Positions 7,722-16,682 of a stretch of 32,000 bases of DNA are shown one piece after another (position 1 is the stretch's first letter; the number at the start of each line of letters is the position of its first letter). The notes below the pieces were generated by a model. It made no database searches and was not told the DNA's origin. It saw only the letters and a program-made list of their open reading frames with translations. Source of the stretch: Candidatus Velamenicoccus archaeovorus (lineage in GTDB: Bacteria; Omnitrophota; Gorgyraeia; Velamenicoccales; Velamenicoccaceae); contig NZ_CP019384.1 in NCBI RefSeq assembly GCF_004102945.1, positions 840,001 to 872,000 on the forward strand. The letters are read 5' to 3'. A program made the translations under genes and the position numbers.

Positions 7722-8744
7722 TCAGCCAAAGAATTCCTTGGCGATATCGTAGAGCTCCATATCGACGGTTTTGAGTTTTTCAACGCCTCTTTCCAGGGGG
7801 ACGCCGATGATCTTTGTTCCGGCGAGGCTGACCATTTGGCCGAACTGTTTGTTCTCGACCAGTTCGACGGCCTTGATGCCGAAGCGCGTGCCCAGGACCC
7901 TGTCGAAGGCCGTGGGGGATCCGCCTCTCTGGATATGGCCCAGGACGCTGACGCGCGTCTCGAAGCCCGTGCGTTTCTCGATCTCCTTGCCCAGGTAATC
8001 GCCGATGCCCCCGAGCTTCACGTGTCCGAATTCATCCAGACTTTGATCTTTGGTGACATCGGATTCTTTGAGGCGGGCGCCTTCGGCGACAACGACGATG
8101 CTGAAGGTCCGGCCTCTCTGGTGTCTCTTTTTGAGGATCTCGCATGTCTTGTCGAGATCGATGGGGATCTCCGGGATCAGGACGACGTCCGCCCCGCCGG
8201 CGATGCCGGCGTGCGTGGCGATCCAGCCTGCGTGGCGGCCCATGACTTCGGCGACCATGATGCGGTGATGGCTTTCCGCGGTCGTATGGAGCCTGTCGAT
8301 GCACTCCATGGCGATATTGACGGCCGTGTCGAAACCGAAGGTGTAGTCTGTTGCGTTGAGGTCGTTATCGATCGTTTTCGGGACGCCGACGACGTTGAGA
8401 CCTTCCTTGACGAGTTTATTGGCGACACCCAGGGTGTCTTCTCCGCCGATGGCGACGAGGGCGTCGAGTTTAAATTTTTTAAACGATTCTTTGACATTCT
8501 CGACGCCTTTGTCTTTTTTATAAGGGTTGGTGCGGCTGGTGCCCAGGATGGTCCCGCCCTTCGGCAGGATGCCGGAAACGGCGTTGAGGTCCAGCGGCAC
8601 GGTGTCGCCTTCTATGATGCCTTTCCAGCCGTTCTTGAAACCGATGACTTCATGCTTGTCGTTATACGCTTTCCTGACGATGGCGCGGATGACGGGGTTT
8701 AATCCTGGGCAGTCCCCTCCGCCCGTGAGTACTCCGATTCTCAT
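7722..8744 (-). CDS. pfkA: 6-phosphofructokinase, actinobacterial-like short (about 340 aa) type; phosphoryl-donor residues look PPi-like
   Basis: MRIGVLTGGGDCPGLN, IGGEDT, PKTIDNDL, VMGRHAGWIA, GHIQRGG. Near-collinear with the Mycobacterium PfkA sequence from memory. The symbol is tentative (it could be pfp). Confidence 0.9.
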   Translation of the reverse strand: MRIGVLTGGGDCPGLNPVIRAIVRKAYNDKHEVIGFKNGWKGIIEGDTVPLDLNAVSGILPKGGTILGTSRTNPYKKDKGVENVKESFKKFKLDALVAIGGEDTLGVANKLVKEGLNVVGVPKTIDNDLNATDYTFGFDTAVNIAMECIDRLHTTAESHHRIMVAEVMGRHAGWIATHAGIAGGADVVLIPEIPIDLDKTCEILKKRHQRGRTFSIVVVAEGARLKESDVTKDQSLDEFGHVKLGGIGDYLGKEIEKRTGFETRVSVLGHIQRGGSPTAFDRVLGTRFGIKAVELVENKQFGQMVSLAGTKIIGVPLERGVEKLKTVDMELYDIAKEFFG

Positions 8745-8849
8745 GTTTTAGTCCTCTCGATTTCCCGCTGAATCGTTTTGTCTGAAATCGATCCCGCGTC
8801 TCCATCAGCGTCTTTTTTTAAGAGACAAGGGACCGTTATGGTTTGACCT

Positions 8850-9449
8850 TTAGATCTTGATCCCCTGATAAGGGATGGAGATCTCGTCCCGCGGAGGTTC
8901 CTGCCGTTTCTTGTTGTTTTTGTCCGGTCCCGAGACGATCTTGGCCACATGGATCCTGACGTTGATCGCTTCGTCGATACCAAAGACCTCTTGGATCTTC
9001 GTGGCGATCAGGTCTTGGAGCTTGGCCGTGAAATCGGGAATATGCGTTTCCTGCGCCAAAACGACACGCATGCCGATGGAAATCTCTTTTTTATGCGCCC
9101 GGACATCCGCCTTGGCCTCCCTGATCTCGCTCATCTGCTGGGCGAGACGTTTGATCAGATCTTCGACGGCCGAAAGGGTGATGGTGACCTGGCCGTTGGG
9201 GTTGGAGAAGGCGATTGTTTTTTCTCTCTGGATCTTTCCTGTGATCGCCTGGGCCGCGGCAAAGCTCAGGAGAATGAAAATGAATCCGGACAACCCCGTC
9301 AGGAAGCGCAGATAGCTGTCGGTATAGAAACGGTTGAGCTGCATCACGACATCGCGGATGTCTAAGACATGGAAAGCAAAACACATGGCAAGCGTTCCCA
9401 GGAAGGCGAAGACGACCGTATAAAAAAATATGCTTAATGCGGTTCTCAT
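8850..9449 (-). CDS. amaP: AmaP-like alkaline-shock-response membrane anchor protein
   Basis: Two N-terminal TM helices followed by a soluble domain; 199 aa. It sits immediately downstream of an Asp23-family gene, which is the canonical pairing. Confidence 0.7.
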   Translation of the reverse strand: MRTALSIFFYTVVFAFLGTLAMCFAFHVLDIRDVVMQLNRFYTDSYLRFLTGLSGFIFILLSFAAAQAITGKIQREKTIAFSNPNGQVTITLSAVEDLIKRLAQQMSEIREAKADVRAHKKEISIGMRVVLAQETHIPDFTAKLQDLIATKIQEVFGIDEAINVRIHVAKIVSGPDKNNKKRQEPPRDEISIPYQGIKI

Positions 9450-9526
9450 GAGCTCCCTCTCTTTCGCGTGCTAAATCTTTCCGTTCGACCCCGGTTCGGG
9501 ATCCCGCGGTTTTCGTCCGCGGAGCT

Positions 9527-9880
9527 TCATTTGTCCACGCCTTTGATTTTAATGACGACGTCGCGTATCGTCAAATCCGTGGCTTCCTCTACGGCCGCCT
9601 TTATCCTCTCTTGCACTTTCATGGCCACATCCGGGATCTTGTGTCCGTATTTGATGATGATGGGCACGATGATGGAGATTTCTTCGTTTTTTTCCGAGCG
9701 GATGTCAATGGCGCCGCTCTGGGTCTTTTTGCCGATGAAGTGCAGCATCCGCGATTTCATATCATCGCATACCCTGGAAACGCCGTCAATCTCCAATGCC
9801 GCCAGATAGGCGATGGAGGCAATGACATTATTGTGGATCTTGATGATGCCCAGCTCTGTTTTGTCTGCTTCGGGGATCAC
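9527..9880 (-). CDS. Asp23/Gls24-family envelope stress protein
   Basis: [27 protein letters not shown]...[48 protein letters not shown] is typical of Asp23. GTG start forms a GTGA overlap with the accC stop. Confidence 0.85.
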   Translation of the reverse strand: MIPEADKTELGIIKIHNNVIASIAYLAALEIDGVSRVCDDMKSRMLHFIGKKTQSGAIDIRSEKNEEISIIVPIIIKYGHKIPDVAMKVQERIKAAVEEATDLTIRDVVIKIKGVDK

Positions 9881-11253
9881 GTTTTTGCCTCCTTGGATTC
9901 CCCTTCCGTGTTTGTTTTGAGGATTTGCTCGATAAAATGGGTCGAGATGTCCCCTTTTCGGAATGACGGGTGGTTGAGAAGCTGTTTATGGAAAGGGATG
10001 GTCGTTTTGATGGGTTCAATTACGAATTCGTCGAGCGCGCGCAGCATCGTTTTGATGACCTCGTGCCTGTTTTCCCTGTGCACGATCAATTTGGCGACCA
10101 TCGAATCGTAATGCGGACTGATCTGGTATCCCTGGTAGACATGGGTGTCTATCCGTACACGAGGTCCGCCCGGAAGGTTGAGGGTCTCGATACGGCCGGG
10201 CGAAGGCATGAAATTGTTCTGGGGGTCTTCGGCGTTGATGCGGCATTCCATGGCCGCGCCTTCTATCTTGACGTCTTCCTGGCGTATTTTAAGCTTCTCT
10301 CCAGCCGCGATCTTGATCTGTTCCTTGATAAGGTCGATTCCCGTGACCATCTCCGTGACGGGATGCTCGACCTGGATGCGCGTGTTCATTTCCATGAAGT
10401 AGAAATTTTTTTCCTTATCCAGCAGGAACTCGATCGTGCCGACGTTACGGTAGCCTGCGGCCTTGACGCCTTTGATGACCAGGTCTCCGATCTTTTTGCG
10501 GAGTTTGCTGTCGAGGGCGGATGACGGGGATTCCTCCAGGAGTTTTTGATGGCGTCTCTGGATGCTGCAGTCACGTTCGCCCAGGTGGATGACGTTGCCG
10601 TAATGGTCGGCGATGATCTGGAATTCGACGTGTCGGGGTTCTTCGATGTACTTTTCGATATAGACGTCCTGGACCCCGAAGGCCTTCTCCGCCTCTGCCT
10701 GCGCCGTCATCAGCGAACTGATGAGGCGGATGTCGTTATGGCAGATACGCATGCCCCGGCCGCCGCCGCCGGCGGTCGCCTTGATGATGACGGGATATTT
10801 GATGCGGCGGGCGATTTTAAGCGCTTCTTCCTTGGTTTTGACGACGGAGTTTGAGCCGGGCGTGATGGGCAGGCCCGCCTTGCTCATGGTCTCTTTGGCG
10901 GCCATCTTGTCGCCCAAAAGGCGTATGTTCTGCGGCGACGGCCCGATAAAGGCGATCTGGCAGGATTCGCAGATCTCCGCGAAGTGCGCGTTTTCGGAGA
11001 GGAACCCATAGCCCGGATGGATGGCTTCTACATCCGTGATTTCGGCCGCGCTGATGACGGCCGGAATGTTGAGATAGCTGGCCGACGGCGCGGCGGGACC
11101 GACGCAGACGGCCTCGTCCGCCATGCGCACATGCAGGGAATCTTTGTCGGCCACGGAATAGATGGCGACCGTCTTGATGCCCATTTCCTTGCAGGCGCGG
11201 ATGATGCGCAGGGCGATTTCACCACGGTTGGCGATAAGGATTTTCGAGAACAT
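9877..11253 (-). CDS. accC: Acetyl-CoA carboxylase biotin carboxylase subunit
   Basis: [26 protein letters not shown]..., ATP-grasp GGGGRGMR, 458 aa. Confidence 0.95.
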   Translation of the reverse strand: MFSKILIANRGEIALRIIRACKEMGIKTVAIYSVADKDSLHVRMADEAVCVGPAAPSASYLNIPAVISAAEITDVEAIHPGYGFLSENAHFAEICESCQIAFIGPSPQNIRLLGDKMAAKETMSKAGLPITPGSNSVVKTKEEALKIARRIKYPVIIKATAGGGGRGMRICHNDIRLISSLMTAQAEAEKAFGVQDVYIEKYIEEPRHVEFQIIADHYGNVIHLGERDCSIQRRHQKLLEESPSSALDSKLRKKIGDLVIKGVKAAGYRNVGTIEFLLDKEKNFYFMEMNTRIQVEHPVTEMVTGIDLIKEQIKIAAGEKLKIRQEDVKIEGAAMECRINAEDPQNNFMPSPGRIETLNLPGGPRVRIDTHVYQGYQISPHYDSMVAKLIVHRENRHEVIKTMLRALDEFVIEPIKTTIPFHKQLLNHPSFRKGDISTHFIEQILKTNTEGESKEAKT

Positions 11254-11259
11254 GAGATT

Positions 11260-11739
11260 TTAGGCCGGCTCAACCAGGAATAATGCCTGTCCGAATTCGA
11301 CGGGCTCGGCGTTGTTGACCAGGATGTCGACGATCTTGCCTCTGATTTCGGATTTGATCTCGTTCATCAGCTTCATGGCTTCGACGATGCAGACGACCTG
11401 GCCGATTTCCACGTTTTGGTTGATTTCGATGAAGGGCGGCGATTCCGGAGACGGGGCTCGATAGAACGTCCCGACCATGGGAGACTTGATCTCGATAAGG
11501 TTTTTTCCCGATGCGCGTTCACGGGGGGCCTCTTTGGCGGCGGCCGGCGTCTGGACGGGATGGAACTCCGGCATGACCGGGACAGACAGGGGTGTTTTAT
11601 GTTGCGGCTGTTCAACGATTACCTGGCCTTCGGAGCCTTTTTTTAGCCGAACCCGCAGGCCTTCCTTTTCAATCTCGAGTTCCGTGAGATTGTTCTCATT
11701 CATGAGATTAATCATTTCCTTAATCTCTTTGATATTCAT
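11260..11739 (-). CDS. accB: Biotin carboxyl carrier protein
   Basis: C-terminal biotinyl domain with the EAMKLMNEI biotinylation motif and a Pro/Ala-rich linker. 159 aa. Confidence 0.95.
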   Translation of the reverse strand: MNIKEIKEMINLMNENNLTELEIEKEGLRVRLKKGSEGQVIVEQPQHKTPLSVPVMPEFHPVQTPAAAKEAPRERASGKNLIEIKSPMVGTFYRAPSPESPPFIEINQNVEIGQVVCIVEAMKLMNEIKSEIRGKIVDILVNNAEPVEFGQALFLVEPA

Positions 11740-11800
11740 ACCGCAGGCCTCCCTTTGCCTTCAATCTCCGCTTTTAAGAACAAACAGACGGCACGGCCCG

Positions 11801-12367
11801 TTATACGGCCCGTTCAATATATTCACCGGTCCTGGTGTCGACCTTGATGCGCGTCCCCACGTCGATGAAGAGCGGGACCTGGACGACGGCGCCGGATTCC
11901 AGCGTTGCCGGTTTTGTGCCGCTCTTGGCCGTATCGCCTTTTATGCCCGGTTCGGTGTGGGTGATCGTATAGACGACGAAATTGGGAAGATTGACGGCGA
12001 TCAGCTCTCCCTTGTAGTAAAGGGCGGCGACTTCCAGGTCGTCTTTCAGGAATTTTTCGGTCGCGCGAAGCTTGTTCTTTTCTATGGCGAGGTCTTCATA
12101 GGATTCCGAATCGATGAAGTGGTAAAAATCTCCGGAATGATAAGAATACTGAAGGTTGCGCTCTTCGATGAAGGCCTCTTCGATCTTGTCGTCGGATTTA
12201 TACGTCCTGTCCAGCACCGCATCGTTTTTGAGGCTTTTAAGCTTTGTCCTCACGAAAGCAGAGCCTTTGCCGGGCTTGACGTGTTCGACATTAACGACCA
12301 TAAACGGCGTCCCATCCAAATCGATGGTCAGCCCCACTTTTACCTGGTTAATCCCTATTGTTGCCAC
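11801..12367 (-). CDS. efp: Elongation factor P
   Basis: VEHVKPGKGSAFVRTKLK loop with the conserved Lys. 188 aa. Confidence 0.95.
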   Translation of the reverse strand: MATIGINQVKVGLTIDLDGTPFMVVNVEHVKPGKGSAFVRTKLKSLKNDAVLDRTYKSDDKIEEAFIEERNLQYSYHSGDFYHFIDSESYEDLAIEKNKLRATEKFLKDDLEVAALYYKGELIAVNLPNFVVYTITHTEPGIKGDTAKSGTKPATLESGAVVQVPLFIDVGTRIKVDTRTGEYIERAV

Positions 12368-13415
12368 TTAGTACCTCCACTCCTTCTTGAGTTACAAGCA
12401 CCATTTCCTCCATCCGTATTCCAAATCGGCCCGGAAGGTAGATGCCGGGTTCTATCGTAAAAACCATTCCTGGTTCAAGCTTGCGAGTGTTCTTTTTATT
12501 GATGGAAGGCGATTCGTGAACCTCGAGACCGACTCCATGGCCTAACGCGTGCCCGAAATTCTTTCCAAATCCTTGTTGCGCAATATAATGGCGCGCAATT
12601 TCGTCTATGGAACAGATGGGGATCCCAGGTTTGATACCGCGGATAGCCAGTTCCTGGGCCTTGCGGACAACCTTTGCGGCTTTAAGAACAACGGGTTTAA
12701 TTTTACCCAAAAAAAATGTGCGTGTCAAGTCGCTTTTGTAGCCGTTGACCTCGACACCCATGTCCACGACCACGGCGTCTCCTTCTTTGAGGATCCTGTC
12801 GGTCGGGCGGGCATGCGGATAGGACGAATTTGGGCCTGAGGCCACGATGGTTTCGAAAGCGACGGCGTGCGCGCCGTTGAGGCGGGCAAACCGTTCGATA
12901 TCTGCGGCAACTGCCATCTCCGAGCGGCCTGGTTTCACCTTTGCCTTGGCGAAGGCAAGGGTCTTTTGGGCGATCCGGATGCCCTGGCAGATATGGGCGA
13001 TCTCCTGTGCGTCTTTGATTTCCCGCAGGTGTTCGATGGTCTGCTGCAAGGGGATGAAAGAGGCCTTTTTTCCGAGCAGTTTATTCAGGACTTCACATTC
13101 TGCGAATGTCAGATGACGCGCCTCAAAGCCGATCTTTTTTGTTTTGTGTTCAAGGATCAGGCGGGCAGCTGTGTCAAAAAGGGATTTTTCATATTGGAGG
13201 ATATGGACAGGAGATTTGGCAAACCGCTTGAAGTCTTCGACGTAGCGGAAATCTGTAATGATGGAGACGCTTTTCCCGGAGACAAAGCCGTAGGCATCCG
13301 GCGCATCGAAGCCGGCGGCATAGGAGACATTCGCCTCTGAATTGAGCAACAGGCCGTCGATGCCCTCTTGGACGAGCAGGGCGCGGATATTTGAGAGGCG
13401 TTTGTCGGCCTTCAC
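12348..13415 (-). CDS. pepP: Xaa-Pro aminopeptidase/dipeptidase (M24B)
   Basis: Creatinase-like N-domain plus M24 pita-bread domain (DMG...[18 protein letters not shown]). Start set to GTG 13415, a GTGA overlap with the aroQ stop, rather than the ORF-track start at 13502 inside aroQ. Confidence 0.85.
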   Translation of the reverse strand: MKADKRLSNIRALLVQEGIDGLLLNSEANVSYAAGFDAPDAYGFVSGKSVSIITDFRYVEDFKRFAKSPVHILQYEKSLFDTAARLILEHKTKKIGFEARHLTFAECEVLNKLLGKKASFIPLQQTIEHLREIKDAQEIAHICQGIRIAQKTLAFAKAKVKPGRSEMAVAADIERFARLNGAHAVAFETIVASGPNSSYPHARPTDRILKEGDAVVVDMGVEVNGYKSDLTRTFFLGKIKPVVLKAAKVVRKAQELAIRGIKPGIPICSIDEIARHYIAQQGFGKNFGHALGHGVGLEVHESPSINKKNTRKLEPGMVFTIEPGIYLPGRFGIRMEEMVLVTQEGVEVLSGNNRD

Positions 13416-13858
13416 TTGTTCCTGTTCTTGAGGAGCGCCTCGGCGGCGAAAAGCGCCAGAGAGTAGCTCCGGGCGCCGAAGCCGGATATCTGGCCGATAC
13501 AAACGGGCGCGATCAGAGAGGTCTGCCGGAATTCTTCGCGGGCATGAATGTTCGACAGGTGCACTTCGATGGTTTTGACCGCAGAAGCCGCAATCGCATC
13601 CCTGATGGCGATGCTCGTGTGGGTGTAAGCCGCCGGGTTGATGATGATCATGTCGAATTTTCCGCGGGCGCCGCCGATAAGGTCTACGATCTCTCCTTCA
13701 TGATTGGATTGGGCGATGGTCAGGCTGATTTTTGATTTTTTAGCCGTTTGTTTCAGGGAGCGGTTGATTTCGGCCAGGCTTGTTTTGCCGTAGACCTGAG
13801 GCTCCCTTTTTCCCAAAAGGTCCAGGTTGGGGCCGTGGATCACGAGGATTCTTTTCAT
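13412..13858 (-). CDS. aroQ: Type II 3-dehydroquinate dehydratase
   Basis: [24 protein letters not shown]...[16 protein letters not shown]...[14 protein letters not shown]. Confidence 0.95.
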   Translation of the reverse strand: MKRILVIHGPNLDLLGKREPQVYGKTSLAEINRSLKQTAKKSKISLTIAQSNHEGEIVDLIGGARGKFDMIIINPAAYTHTSIAIRDAIAASAVKTIEVHLSNIHAREEFRQTSLIAPVCIGQISGFGARSYSLALFAAEALLKNRNK

Positions 13859-13868
13859 GGTTTATCCT

Positions 13869-14225
13869 TTATTGAACTTTCGTTGTTTTACCCACGTAGG
13901 CCATGCGTAATTCATAAAGGAGGTGTTCGAGCATTTCCGCCTCCTCTTTGTCGAGATTTCCCTTGGTTTTCTGTTCGAGCATCTCAATGCTGTCGATCAG
14001 GAATTTGGCCTGGGCGATGTCTTCTTCCGTTTTATCGGTCATGGGATTCGGGATGGCCCCCAGGGCAATCCACGCCTGCATGGCCAGACTTGTCACGAAA
14101 AGGCGAAAGCTCGGCTCGGGTATTTCTTTTTCTTTTCCGGCATCCGGCGGGACATCTGCCGGTTCCTGCTTGATCTTGTCTTTCCAACCCTCGTCTACTT
14201 TCTTTTTTAAATTTTCGTCCATCAT
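13869..14225 (-). CDS. DUF1844-domain protein
   Basis: PEPSFRLFVTSLAMQAWIALG...A.FLIDSIEMLEQKTKGNL..EE..L.HLLYELRM matches my recollection of the DUF1844 family. Confidence 0.7.
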   Translation of the reverse strand: MMDENLKKKVDEGWKDKIKQEPADVPPDAGKEKEIPEPSFRLFVTSLAMQAWIALGAIPNPMTDKTEEDIAQAKFLIDSIEMLEQKTKGNLDKEEAEMLEHLLYELRMAYVGKTTKVQ

Positions 14226-14256
14226 GCGCCCTCGCTGTTATTTTGTCGAATTCATA

Positions 14257-15066
14257 TTAAGAGATCACGATCCCGGCATACCCGACGACTGATGAGTAGT
14301 CGCCGGAAACATCTCCGCTTGTCTGATAAGCGGCCAGCCGTGCGGTCCTGGCCCCGAGTTCTTTGGCTGCCATGATCGCGACGATGGCCGGTATGTATCC
14401 GCACATAGAGATCTGGAGGCGCTGGATTCTTTCTTCCAGGCCGTCTGCATCCAGGGCCAGGACCGCCTCGATGGCTTTTTGATCTTTTTCCATCGCCAGT
14501 TTCTGCGGTTCGTAATGAGTCATATCGGAACTGGCAACGATGAGGACGTCTTTTTTAGCCTCCTGGACCGCCGTCGCGATGCTGTGCGCTATATCTTTAT
14601 ACATCAATTTTTCATCGCTGGCAAGGATGATGGGCACAAAACGGAACGTTGCGCCTTTGATCTGGCGGATGAGGGGCAGCTGGACTTCGATCGAGTGTTC
14701 ATAGGCGTGGGCCACTTCGTCTTCCTGCAGATAACTGGAGCGTTTCAGGATGGAATGGGCCATTTTATCGTCGATGTCGATCGTTCCGAAAGGCATCTGC
14801 CACTTCCCTTCTGTCATGATGCCGGCAGGTGTCCCGAAACCCGTATGGTTCGGCCCGAGGATGACGCAGGTATCTGGCAGGTCGATCGAAGACAGCACCG
14901 CAGCCGCTACTTTGGCTGAATAGACGTAACCTGCATGCGGCAGGACACAGGCGACGGCCCGCTCCTTCTTTGTCTCTTTCTTGTCCAGAAGAGAGGCAAT
15001 GAGGCTTTTGAGACGTTGGGGATCCGAAGGATAGAACTGGCCTGCGACAGCCGGTTGCCTAATCAC
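14257..15066 (-). CDS. Memo-like protein (AmmeMemoRadiSam system protein B family)
   Basis: MIRQPAVAGQFYPSDPQ...VLPHAGYVYS...GPNH...SSDMTHY... are the characteristic Memo/dioxygenase-B-like motifs. 269 aa. Confidence 0.85.
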   Translation of the reverse strand: MIRQPAVAGQFYPSDPQRLKSLIASLLDKKETKKERAVACVLPHAGYVYSAKVAAAVLSSIDLPDTCVILGPNHTGFGTPAGIMTEGKWQMPFGTIDIDDKMAHSILKRSSYLQEDEVAHAYEHSIEVQLPLIRQIKGATFRFVPIILASDEKLMYKDIAHSIATAVQEAKKDVLIVASSDMTHYEPQKLAMEKDQKAIEAVLALDADGLEERIQRLQISMCGYIPAIVAIMAAKELGARTARLAAYQTSGDVSGDYSSVVGYAGIVIS

Positions 15067-15973
15067 CGAAGGTCTCCCGGAAATAAACGGCCGATTGCCT
15101 GACTTCGTCCTGCGTCACGTGGCCGTGGAGCTCCATGACTTTGATGGTTTCAGGCCGGACGTAAGGCTTGAAATCGTTGAAATTCACCTGGCCGGTCATG
15201 GCCGCCTGGTGGTCGACGAGGTTGTTGACATTGTGCAGATGAATGCCGATCAAGCGGTCGCCGTAATCTTTCAGGAGTTTTCCGTGCGGCAGAAAACCCA
15301 GCTGCTCGAGGATGAAGTTATGGCCGACATCGAGCCATAATCCTACGGGCCTGCCTTTGAGCGCGCAAAAGATTTCCCTGAATTCGTCCAGAAAGGGGAT
15401 TTCGCGGTAATAGAACCTGTTTTCGATGCCGAGCTTGAGGCCGCATTCTTCGGCCGTGTCGCTCAGGGCTTTTAGGCTTTTGATGAGTTGCGGGATGTGG
15501 TCGCGGCTTTTGGTTTTGCGTTCTTTGACGAAGGCTGCGAAATCCTCCCGGTATTGCGGCGTTTCCTTCTTGCTTTCCTGCGCCAGCCGGATGAGATGCC
15601 GCGTCTTGTCTCTTATCTCCGCGCGGCCGCAATGCAGGACGACACACGACGCCCCGCAACGGTGGGCCACAAGCAGGGTATTGCGTGTATGGGCAACGGC
15701 TAAAAGCCTTTCGGTTTCGTCAAGGCTGGCAAGCGAAAAGTGATCTGGAAGAGTTTTGAGGCGTTCCAGTCCATCGGGGACCGGACAAAAATTATGGAGA
15801 CTGACGATGGAAAGTCCGTGCGTGCGGCAATAATCCAGGATCTCTTCCACCATCTTTGAGTCGAGAAAAAAGTTCAACTCAACGCAAGAGATGCCGGTGT
15901 CCTGGATTTCTTTGATAACCTCAAGGCCTGTCTCTCTTCGGCCGGCATTCCAGACGGTGGACAGCGCCAACAT
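15059..15973 (-). CDS. Xylose-isomerase-like TIM-barrel protein (sugar phosphate isomerase/epimerase family)
   Basis: Family-level resemblance only (VELNF..., GIEN..., LDVGH..., HLHN metal-ligand-like positions). 304 aa. The stop overlaps the Memo-like start by 8 nt. Confidence 0.7.
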   Translation of the reverse strand: MLALSTVWNAGRRETGLEVIKEIQDTGISCVELNFFLDSKMVEEILDYCRTHGLSIVSLHNFCPVPDGLERLKTLPDHFSLASLDETERLLAVAHTRNTLLVAHRCGASCVVLHCGRAEIRDKTRHLIRLAQESKKETPQYREDFAAFVKERKTKSRDHIPQLIKSLKALSDTAEECGLKLGIENRFYYREIPFLDEFREIFCALKGRPVGLWLDVGHNFILEQLGFLPHGKLLKDYGDRLIGIHLHNVNNLVDHQAAMTGQVNFNDFKPYVRPETIKVMELHGHVTQDEVRQSAVYFRETFGD

Positions 15974-15976
15974 AGG

Positions 15977-16138
15977 TCAGAATTTCCTGCGGGCCTTTTT
16001 TCTCTTCTTTTCGCTGGGTTTTTCGTAGTGCTTGCGGTCTTTGACCTCTTTGAGGATGCCTTCGCGTTCGATCTTCCTCTTGAAACGCCGAAGTGCCGCC
16101 TCGAAAGACTCGTCTTTCCTGACTTCAACTTCCGACAT
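15977..16138 (-). CDS. rpsU: 30S ribosomal protein S21
   Basis: Below the ORF-track size cutoff. My translation: MSEVEVRKDESFEAALRRFKRKIEREGILKEVKDRKHYEKPSEKKRKKARRKF (53 aa). A GAGGAG Shine-Dalgarno lies 5 nt upstream of the ATG. Confidence 0.9.
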   Translation of the reverse strand: MSEVEVRKDESFEAALRRFKRKIEREGILKEVKDRKHYEKPSEKKRKKARRKF

Positions 16139-16287
16139 CGATTCTCCTCATCCCGCCTCTGGCGGGATGACTCTGAGGCCTGCGTTAAGTCAATTTCACG
16201 AACGACTCTGGCGTTTGTGAGTGAAATTGACAAGCGTTTTGGCCGAAGAGTCTCTCTTTGATGTATTTTTCCGCCTCTGGCGGAATT
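16139..16287. repeat. Leader element copy A (paralog of 20396-20580), directly abutting the rpsU Shine-Dalgarno
   Basis: Shares collinear blocks with copy B: CCGCCTCTGGCG[G/A]GATGACT, ATTTC[A/G]C...G[T/C]GAAATTG[A/G]CAAG, GAGTCT, GGCGGAAT. Contains hairpins at 16148-16170 (10 bp), 16189-16231 (11 bp or more) and 16269-16285 (7 bp). Confidence 0.7.
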
Positions 16288-16569
16288 AGGCCCTCCGCTA
16301 TGTGGTATTGCGGAGGCCTACCCTTTCTGGGTTAACTCCACCACTTGGCCTTATCGGAAAGGCCAGTGCGCCGCTTCCTGCGGCGGTGTATCTTGAGAAT
16401 TTATGGCTGCACCTGGCCCCAGATGAACGGGCCACACCTTGCCTTATCTGACCGGCAAGTGCACCATTTCCTGTGGCGGTATTCCGCTTCCTGCGGAACC
16501 CGCCCCGTTACAAATGGAATTTGTAACGGGGCCCGTCCGAGTCCTGGCCCGACCTGTCGGTCAGGGCCG
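16288..16569. repeat. Array of imperfect palindromic stem-loops / degenerate direct repeats (REP/BIME-like, or a structured RNA)
   Basis: Hand-identified inverted repeats at 16288-16319, 16342-16368, 16369-16385, 16414-16434, 16435-16461, 16482-16498, 16502-16532 (perfect 14 bp) and 16545-16569. Two ~50-nt modules about 93 nt apart share CCTTATC...GTGC.CC..TTCCTG.GGCGGT. Confidence 0.65.
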
Positions 16570-16653
16570 AGACGAGGCTGGGTGAGACAGAAATTTCCAA
16601 GATGTAAACACAAGGGGTAACGTTTGTCCCTTTCCCCTCTTCACAATTCGCTA

Positions 16654-16682
16654 ATCATATCATTTCGTTTCAAAGCTGTCAA
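16654..16682 (-). promoter_or_regulatory. Near-consensus sigma70 promoter (TTGACA-17 nt-TATGAT) firing toward the hairpin region and rpsU
   Basis: Minus strand: -35 TTGACA (16682-16677), exactly 17 nt, then -10 TATGAT (16659-16654). It is about 510 nt upstream of the rpsU ATG. Confidence 0.65.

Noticed and set aside
7692-8702. 336-aa plus-strand ORF. Similar long plus-strand ORFs occur at 927..1526, 4609..5277, 11477..12460, 17473..18210, 18649..19407, 25330..26199, 26150..27046, 27927..28802, 28817..29554, 29915..30682 and 30774..31697.
   Set aside because: Each lies exactly antisense to a minus-strand gene with an unmistakable conserved product (pfk, accB/efp, the TonB-dependent receptor, lepA, cmk, aroF, hisC, pheA, scpB and others). 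Their translations are low-complexity (D/G/F/V/A/R-rich) with no recognisable motifs, which is typical of shadow ORFs.
9450-9526. Possible small DUF2273-type ORF or terminator between asp23 and amaP.
   Set aside because: There is no ORF with a start codon and Shine-Dalgarno. Only a short CCGCGG palindrome is present, with no U-tract. This is most likely plain intergenic spacer carrying the amaP Shine-Dalgarno (GAGGGAG).
16329-16343. GGGTTAACTCCACCA on the plus strand, which resembles a tRNA/tmRNA T-loop plus 3' end.
   Set aside because: There is no complementary 5-bp T-stem, no acceptor pairing and no GGGGC 5' end upstream. I judge it a coincidental match.
16148-16569. Possible CRISPR array, suggested by the repeated hairpins.
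   Set aside because: The repeats are not identical and not regularly spaced, there are no unique spacers of constant length, and there are no cas genes in the window.
16345-16620. 91-aa (+) and 70-aa (-, 16401..16613) ORFs inside the large non-coding gap.
   Set aside because: The translations are R/G/P/C/W-rich and nonsensical. There is no Shine-Dalgarno, and the ORFs merely run through the palindromic hairpins.
16148-16650. CsrB/RsmZ-like CsrA-sponge RNA, suggested by AGGAA hairpin loops on the minus strand.
   Set aside because: Only 2-3 hairpins present GGA in a loop, and I count about 13 GGA in ~510 nt, close to chance for this composition. Other loops carry AGA, TCC or unrelated sequences. 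I mention it as a weak possibility only.
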